Origin: Octopus sinensis | Taxonomy: Eukaryota | Assembly: GCF_006345805.1 (NCBI RefSeq) | Contig: NC_043014.1 | Location: 5,146,001-5,210,000 of the forward strand | Direction: 5' to 3' | Length of the DNA stretch: 64,000 nt | Shown here: positions 56,486 through 64,000 of the stretch, piece by piece | Numbering within the stretch: the first letter of the stretch is position 1 | Layout of the letters: each line of letters begins with the position of its first letter | Notes under the pieces: generated by a model | Seen by the model: the letters and a program-made list of their open reading frames with translations, nothing else | Database searches by the model: none | Told to the model about the DNA's origin: nothing | Program-made: the position numbers and the translations under genes

Positions 56486-56629
56486 ATGGATTTCGCACAA
56501 CTGTCCAGGAATATTTCGCAGCGTTATTCCATTTCTTCTCTCACAGCTTTTGGGGTTCTTCTCGTTCTGACGATCGTGATTCTTCATCAAGATTCAAGAA
56601 TAGGAAAAATGGAAGAGAAATCGAAAACG
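56486..56629 (+). CDS. Paralogue E, exon 1 (rest of gene beyond the window)
   Basis: 48 aa with one I>T change versus C and D; gtaagt donor. Confidence 0.75.
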
Positions 56630-57057
56630 GTAAGTCATGGATTTTGTGTTAATATATGTATGTCTTTATGTATTTATATATGTATGTATGTATGCATTTA
56701 TGTATGTATGTATTAATATGTGGATGTATGTATGTACCGATGGATGGATGGATGTAAGGATGTATGCATGAATCACATACATATGTTCCTATGGAGCACA
56801 CACACACACATAAGATCACACACGTAATCACACACGAACACACAGGCGCACACACTTAAACATACATATATATACATATACATATATTTGTATATATAAT
56901 ATACATATATATGTACATATAAATATACCTATATATGAATATATTAGTGCGTGAACATATATAGATATATATATACAAACAAATAAATGCGTGTGTGTAT
57001 CTATCACTGTATCTCTCTGTCTTTACCTCTCTCTCTCTATTTATCTATATATATATA

Positions 57058-57113
<56 letters not shown>

Positions 57114-57367
57114 TGCATATAAATATATTCTTTTACCCGTTTCAGTCATTTGACTGCGGCCATGCTAGAGCACTGCGTTTAGTAGGACAAATCGACTTCA
57201 GGAATTATTCTTTGTAAGCCGAGTGCTCATTCTATCGGTATCTGTAGCCGAACCGCTATGTAACGGGGACGTAAACACACCGACATCACTTGAGGAGCGA
57301 TTGTGGTGCGACAATGTCAGACACATACATAATACATAGATACATACGTACACACACATCTGAGTGT

Positions 57368-57406
<39 letters not shown>

Positions 57407-57566
57407 TGTTTGTGTGTGTCTGTGTATAGCATCCTTCTTTCAGTCTCAATCTAGCAAATTTACTGACATGGCGGTGCGACAATAACAGACAAATACATAA
57501 AACATAGATACATACACACTATGTGTGCTATACATCTATATATACATCTATATATACATCTATATA

Positions 57567-57686
<120 letters not shown>

Positions 57687-58095
57687 GGCGCAGGAGTGAG
57701 TGTGTGGTAAGTAGCTTCCTAACCAACCACATGGTTCTGGGTTCAGTCCCACTGCATCTTGGGCAAGTGTCTTCTGCTATATCCCCGGGCCGACCAATGC
57801 CTGGTGAGTGGATTTGGTAGACGGAAACTGAAAGAAGCCTGTCGTATATATGTATATATATATGTGTGTGCGTGTATGTGTGTGTGTTTGTGTGTCAGTG
57901 TTTGTCCCCCTAGCATTGCTTGACAATTGATGCTGGTGTGTTTACGTCCCCGTCACTTAGCGGTTCGGCAAAAGAGACTGATAGAATAAGTACTGGGCTT
58001 ACAAAGAATAAGTCACGGGCTCGATTTGCTCGACTAAAGGCGGTGCTCCAGCATGGCCGCAGTCAAATTACTGAAACAAGTAAGAGTAAAAGAGA
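57687..58095 (+). mobile_element. Full-length SINE (family 1)
   Basis: Homologous to 22379-22790. Confidence 0.85.
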
Positions 58096-58196
58096 GAGTA
58101 ATAAGTATATCATATATACATACACACATATATAGTTACGTATGTATGTACATACATATCTATCTATCAATCTATTTATCTACATATCTATCTATA

Positions 58197-58231
<35 letters not shown>

Positions 58232-58272
58232 GTATCTATCTATCTATCTATCTATCTATCAATCTATCTATG

Positions 58273-58311
<39 letters not shown>

Positions 58312-58354
58312 GTATCTATCTATCTATTTATCTCCCTATCTATCTATCTATCTG

Positions 58355-58411
<57 letters not shown>

Positions 58412-59165
58412 ATATATATATATATATATATGGATATATATATATATATATATACTTATATATACATATACACACATCCCAAGGAAACACAAAGAAGGGT
58501 GGAATTGTACTCCTGTCCGATCGCTCTTTCACCAGACATAATCCTGGAGAGGGAAATAAGTGCGTAATGAAAAAAATCTAATGGTGGGGTTCTAGCATGG
58601 CCATGCCCTGTCGCTGCAACGTTTAGCCCTATTAATATTAGTGTTAAGTATTATATCTAGATGTACACTTGCGCACACGCACAGAAACAGACACATACAA
58701 ACACACACACACACGCACACATCGGAATACGTACATATTTACACACATTTATCTATTTCTCTCCATCAGGAACGGAAGTGAGGCGAGTTTTTTTTAATCT
58801 TTTCTTTCCAACTTAAAATAAAACGTGCGAGTGCCAATGTAGTTCGGTGAATTTCGTAATGTTTGACTGTAATTCACGTTGGTTTTTATATATGACAATA
58901 TGTAAGAACGAATGTAAATACATACACACAGACACACGGACAAACAAACGCACAAATAAACACAAACACACACACATACGCACGCACACAGACACACGTG
59001 CTCAATTGTACACGAACAATCACACTATACAGTGTATGTCCACTCACATATATGTGGGCGTATGTGTGTGTGTATGCGTATAAGTAGATACGTATATTTG
59101 TGATATTTATTGTGTGTATGCCTAAGTACACGTGCATACCTATATATTGATATGTATTTATATAT

Positions 59166-59208
<43 letters not shown>

Positions 59209-59389
59209 GCGTTATGGGCGTGCGCGTGCTTGTGTGCGCTTAAGCACGTGTATGTGCGTGTTAGTCTGTGCCCATGTGTAAATAAGTGTGTGCGTATCTG
59301 TATGAGTATTGTGGGCATCTGTGCTGGTGTGTGTGTATGTATGTGTGTATGTGTGTGTATGTGTGTGTGCGAATGATACATATATCTCC

Positions 59390-59663
59390 GTGATCACCGT
59401 TGCAGATATGTTGCTACATATCGCTGGTCACAATGCGCTTCGCATTGTTTTAGCCTTCAAATGACGCCACCCCGCTGGCTAAGCGAGCAGGCCAACAGAA
59501 GAAAGGGAGAAATTTGTAGCGAAAGAGTACAGCAGAGATCACAACAACCCACTCCCTGAGCCTCGTGGAGCTTTAAACACACACAACGCCCAGTCTGGGA
59601 ATCGAAACCGCGATCCTACAAGCGTTGGTCCGCAGCCCTAACCACTGGGCCACTGCGCCTCCA
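59390..59663 (-). mobile_element. SINE (family 2) inside a local inversion
   Basis: Reverse complement of 33084-33372. Confidence 0.75.
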
Positions 59664-60891
59664 CGCAGGCATTTATATAGCACACAAGCACCGCGCGCAC
59701 ATAACGCCCACACAACTCCTAAAACCCACACATACGCACGCATGTACAAATAGACATACACACCGATACATATATATACACACAATATATGCCTACACGC
59801 GCACACATACACATACACATACGTATACACATATAGATACAGACACACTCACGCACGCAAAACATTGGCACGCAAATGCACACACGCACACGAATGCACA
59901 CACCGAAAACTCACAACCCCACGGATACACGTATATACACCCATATACGCTTACACACACACACATACAAACGCACATGTACACGCACACACAACTACAC
60001 GCACATACGAGATGCACGCACATACATACACACACACACACAAATGAACCCACACATACATCCCATACACACGGCACACAATTATACATACACGCACACA
60101 ATTATACATACATGTATACACACAGACGCAAAGTTATTCGCCACACACCCAAACTCTACACACACACACACACGTGTCATCATTGCACACATACACACAT
60201 ACAAACACACGCACACATACACTATGTAAAGCACAGTTATTCCCCACACACCCTAACTCTACGCCTACACACACGAACACACACACATGCACACACACAC
60301 ACTACAAACAAAACACACACACGATACATATACATACACGCACACACACACATACTTCAAACTAGCAGTACCTACTACTTGACCTGTGGTAGAGACAAAA
60401 AGAGCCACGCCCAATTCCTTCTTCCTTGACCTTAACACTACTAGCCCTACAACACGCAAAGTTTAACAGCCACAACCACACACACTTATACACACACATG
60501 CACACACAAACTTGTCATTATTGTATACATACACACATACACACACACGAACACGCAGACCTCCGCGCACGCTCTTATCCACACTTACACACACATTCCT
60601 CCTCCTCTACCTCTCTCCTGTCTTTGAAAGTACTTTTCTTCACCCATTTCCTTCCGGTCATTCAAAATGTGACCGCGGGTGTACTGTTGGCGATTCTTTT
60701 CCCTCTGTCTTCTCTCCTCTGGATCTTTCCTTCTCGTATGTTTCCGACGAAGAGTCTCACCCGAAACGTTAAACCCTCCTTCTTTCCTTTTTTTCCTGAG
60801 CGTCCAATAATACTATATTTGTTCCACGTCCACGCGTTGATGTGTTTCTTTGTGCTTTTTTGTTTGGATTAAATTTAACTATATTTATACA

Positions 60892-60928
<37 letters not shown>

Positions 60929-60984
60929 GTGTGTGTGTGTAGAAATGTGTGTGTGTGTGTGTGTGTGTGTGTTTGTGTGTGTGT

Positions 60985-61950
60985 ACAAGCAGACATACCC
61001 GGCATTGCTGGGGATTAAAATGGCAAAGTTGGTATATAATATATTCCAGTCATTTTGAAACAGGTGATATGGGAAAGTGCAACATTTACAGCAAAACATT
61101 TGTAGAGTAAATGCTGGGCTAATTCGACTAAGCAACATGCTATGCGTCCGTTTGGAGTGTTTCAGGCCCTAACCTGTCATGCAAAATTTGAGCTGGGGTT
61201 TGTGTGATTTTTGAACGCACCGTAAAGCTGTCAGTGGATATACTCTCCTTTGCAGCAGTGTGCGCTGTGTCTAACACGACCCATCATCGGAAATTTTGAC
61301 ACCTCACGTCGGGTTTGTTGTCATACATCACTAATAGAGCAAATTTGGAGGAACTGTGGTTGTTCATTCGCGGTTACCAGGGAACCAATGAGGGGATTGA
61401 CTTGCCCTTGAACTTTGACGTCGGCGTAAATTCATGTTTATCTATTTTCTTAGATTCACTAAACGATGTCATTTGAAATGCATATTTGTATTGTCTGATA
61501 TTGTTCAGAAAATCCTTTGCCTGGATTGAAGCACCTTCTAGAAGATTCCTAAAGGGTTGAGATGGTATTGCCGGCAATGATACCTGTCCGAATATGTTGT
61601 CATCTATTGCATTGTTTTAAGTTCTAAACGATAATAAATTCCCTGAAGTTCTATTTATATGATCCTATTTCTATTTTTTCACAGAACCGTTTCATCTCCA
61701 AGAAATCTCTCGACGATAAACCCGATGACACACCAAGTAAGAAATAATTTTATGGCTAAAGTCTTTTACCCGTGTCTCCTTAACCAATGATTTATAATTT
61801 CACCAACTTTGAATTAGTTCCACATTACTATCCATATGTCCACAATAATATATACTAAGACACTTACCTGAATTTCTTTCGAAATATGTTCTACTTTACA
61901 ATAATTTCCTAAATAAAATGTTATTCATTATACTATGGCATTTATTGTGT
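60985..61950 (-). mobile_element. Non-autonomous Helitron
   Basis: ORF 61374-61577 FLNNIRQYKYAFQMTSF; subterminal hairpin. Confidence 0.75.
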
Positions 61951-61988
61951 ATATATGAGTATATCTGCAGTGCTACGTCGAGAATTGT

Positions 61989-62114
61989 TTCTGCACGCAC
62001 GGTGCCCCCGAGTGTGCTCTTCGCCGAGTGTCCGAGGCGGCCGGTACGTTCACTGTGAAAAAATTGGAGTGCTCAGAGCGAGCCACGCCGGCTTGCATAC
62101 GAAAAGCATGGAAT
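61989..62114 (+). pseudogene. 18S rRNA fragment (V4 region), not a functional gene
   Basis: GCTCTTCGCCGAGTGTCC...GTTCACTGTGAAAAAATTGGAGTGCTCAGAGC...GCATGGAAT resembles conserved 18S TTACTTTGAAAAAATTAGAGTGTTCAAAGC...GGAAT. Confidence 0.75.
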
Positions 62115-64000
62115 GCCCTCTTCATTTGAGAATCAAATGCCCGAGCTGGCGCTTCACTGCGTTTATATCTACAATTCAGTAATCTGTCCACTCTTGTGCT
62201 TCTAATCATTCGTGAATAGAGACACGAAATAATGATGTTCCACTTTCCAACACATTGCATATTTGTCAATCCTACCTTGGGTTACACGGCAGCTAACCCA
62301 TTCAATGCAGGTTGTTGGTGACCATCAGACGAATCAGGTAGCAGCATGTCGTCCACAAATACCAGTCGACCGATCACGTAGAGAGGAATTGGGATACCTC
62401 CACCACAATGGCTGCGCATATTCAACCAGATCACAAAAAGAATGTGAGAAGGAGCGCTAACAATGCACACTTCAACTAAGGGAAACCTTCACGTTGAAAT
62501 TTTTCGACATTTACATAAATACAATCATTTGAACATCCATATAATTATTTTATGGCGACAAATATTTGCCCAATAAACTCACCTTCATGGTAAACCATCC
62601 ACAACATGCCCCAGGGCACGTGATCGTGTGCCTTTTCGTGGTTTACAGCGTATTCCTACTGGAAATGCTTCACTGTTTGCTGGAAGATCTGTCTTTGAAC
62701 GACTCTCTTGTCGGATGTACTGCGTCCCGGACACGACAATTTCCCTACATAACTTTTCCTGACATCTAGTGTAGACTTTTCTATAATTAGAACACTCTTT
62801 GGTCTCCGTTTGAAAAAATTGTGATTGTTGATTGTCTCCCCATATTACCATTGCCTTGGTGTTTTTTCGAGAGGTCCCATCCACCTAGCATACATGGGTC
62901 ACTCAGAGAATACCATCTGTATTTAAGTTTTCTAAACTATCAAGCCGACCGTGCTTTTCACCAGCAGTTTTACCACTTTTAATTGAATTGAGCTCAAATA
63001 AGCGTTCAACCGAAGAAGAACCTGCCGAAAATATTATACAATCAGGAATACATTTCGATGTCCAAGTTCATTCAGGAGAGTCACTCTAAATTTGGATGCA
63101 AAAGTCTCCACTGCGGCTTCCAACTGTATTCTGTAGGTCGCACTGGACTTACCAATTTCCAATGTTCGGCAGACTGCAGGAATTTTCAGGTTTTTAGACA
63201 TTTAGGTAGTGACGAATTGACAACTCCACCCCTTCCTGTTACCCGTACGTTCAGCAAAGAATGAAAGATGACCGAACTCTATCAGAAACCTCTGTCACCA
63301 AGTATTTCTATACCAGGCACCCTTATAAATATCCCTGTCTTAAAATAATATCTATACCATGGAGAGGAGAGTGTGTATCCTGCACAGAAAGCTGCTATGA
63401 CCTCCCCATTAAGTTCACTGACGACATTCCTTCCACGGTTATCAGTGCCAAGGTGTGGACTGAAGTCTCCTTGCAGGACAAATGACTTTACCCCAAATAT
63501 ATCTGAAGCTGAGGTGAATTTGCTTAGGAAGGATTTGTATTTGACCTCGCTGTTTGCTGCATATACTTACAGTACGAAAAGGGCTCCAAGGAATAGCCAT
63601 ACCCCGTCATCCATCGAGAGGGATCAAAGCAGTTACCTCCGGGTCATGAGTGGAGGTGTCGATTCGGGAAATATATATCAGTCTCCACCAAACTTAATCT
63701 GTGATGCATTGGAAGGAAATACAAAATATGCGTGTTCCAGGACCCCGAAGCAGTTCCAGAAGGGATCAACAGTTCATAATTGAGAATTAGACTGTCAAAA
63801 CCGGACGAGACAAAACGCTGCCTGTTATATATAATCGGTGTCTCCTCAAGAAAGCTTCGTTACTTCGGAGGCGTACACTTGGAAGTAGGTTGGAAACTCC
63901 ACCGTGCAGGTGTGGTGCCAACTATGTCAGCACAGGCGGAAGTGGGATGCAGCTTTGGATATATTTGGGGTAAAGTCATTTGTCTTACAAGGAGACTTCC
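62115..64000 (-). mobile_element. Degenerate RTE-clade LINE
   Basis: GRLVFVDDMLL remnant; collinear with 35610-37090 and 21080-21770. Confidence 0.75.

Overview
AT-rich, microsatellite-dense eukaryotic DNA, most likely an octopus (inferred from recalled SINE and Helitron termini, not database-checked), with one 100-N gap at 17192-17291. The window holds a tandem and inverted array of five paralogues (A-E) of a multi-exon gene: a 48-codon exon with a hydrophobic signal or anchor segment, a 75-bp exon (GSLYTRWGRTTCP), and a ~500-bp Cys-rich terminal exon resembling the 'short-chain collagen C4-like' NC1-type domain. C and D look intact in these exons, B is a pseudogene, A is truncated and E runs off the window. 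The paralogues differ mainly in short, non-synonymously diverged loops. The introns carry co-duplicated RTE, Helitron, Penelope, SINE and mariner remnants. A nested retroelement stack (a HERO-like RLE element split by a Tx1/L1, a second HERO-like 5' part, then a Penelope RT) sits at the inversion centre. Several hammerhead ribozyme motifs are visible. The most unusual lies in the HERO-like 3' UTR and has its catalytic strands in a non-circularly permuted order. A 126-bp 18S rRNA-like fragment is inserted in one repeat copy. Most tracked ORFs are microsatellite artefacts, and many repeat boundaries are approximate.
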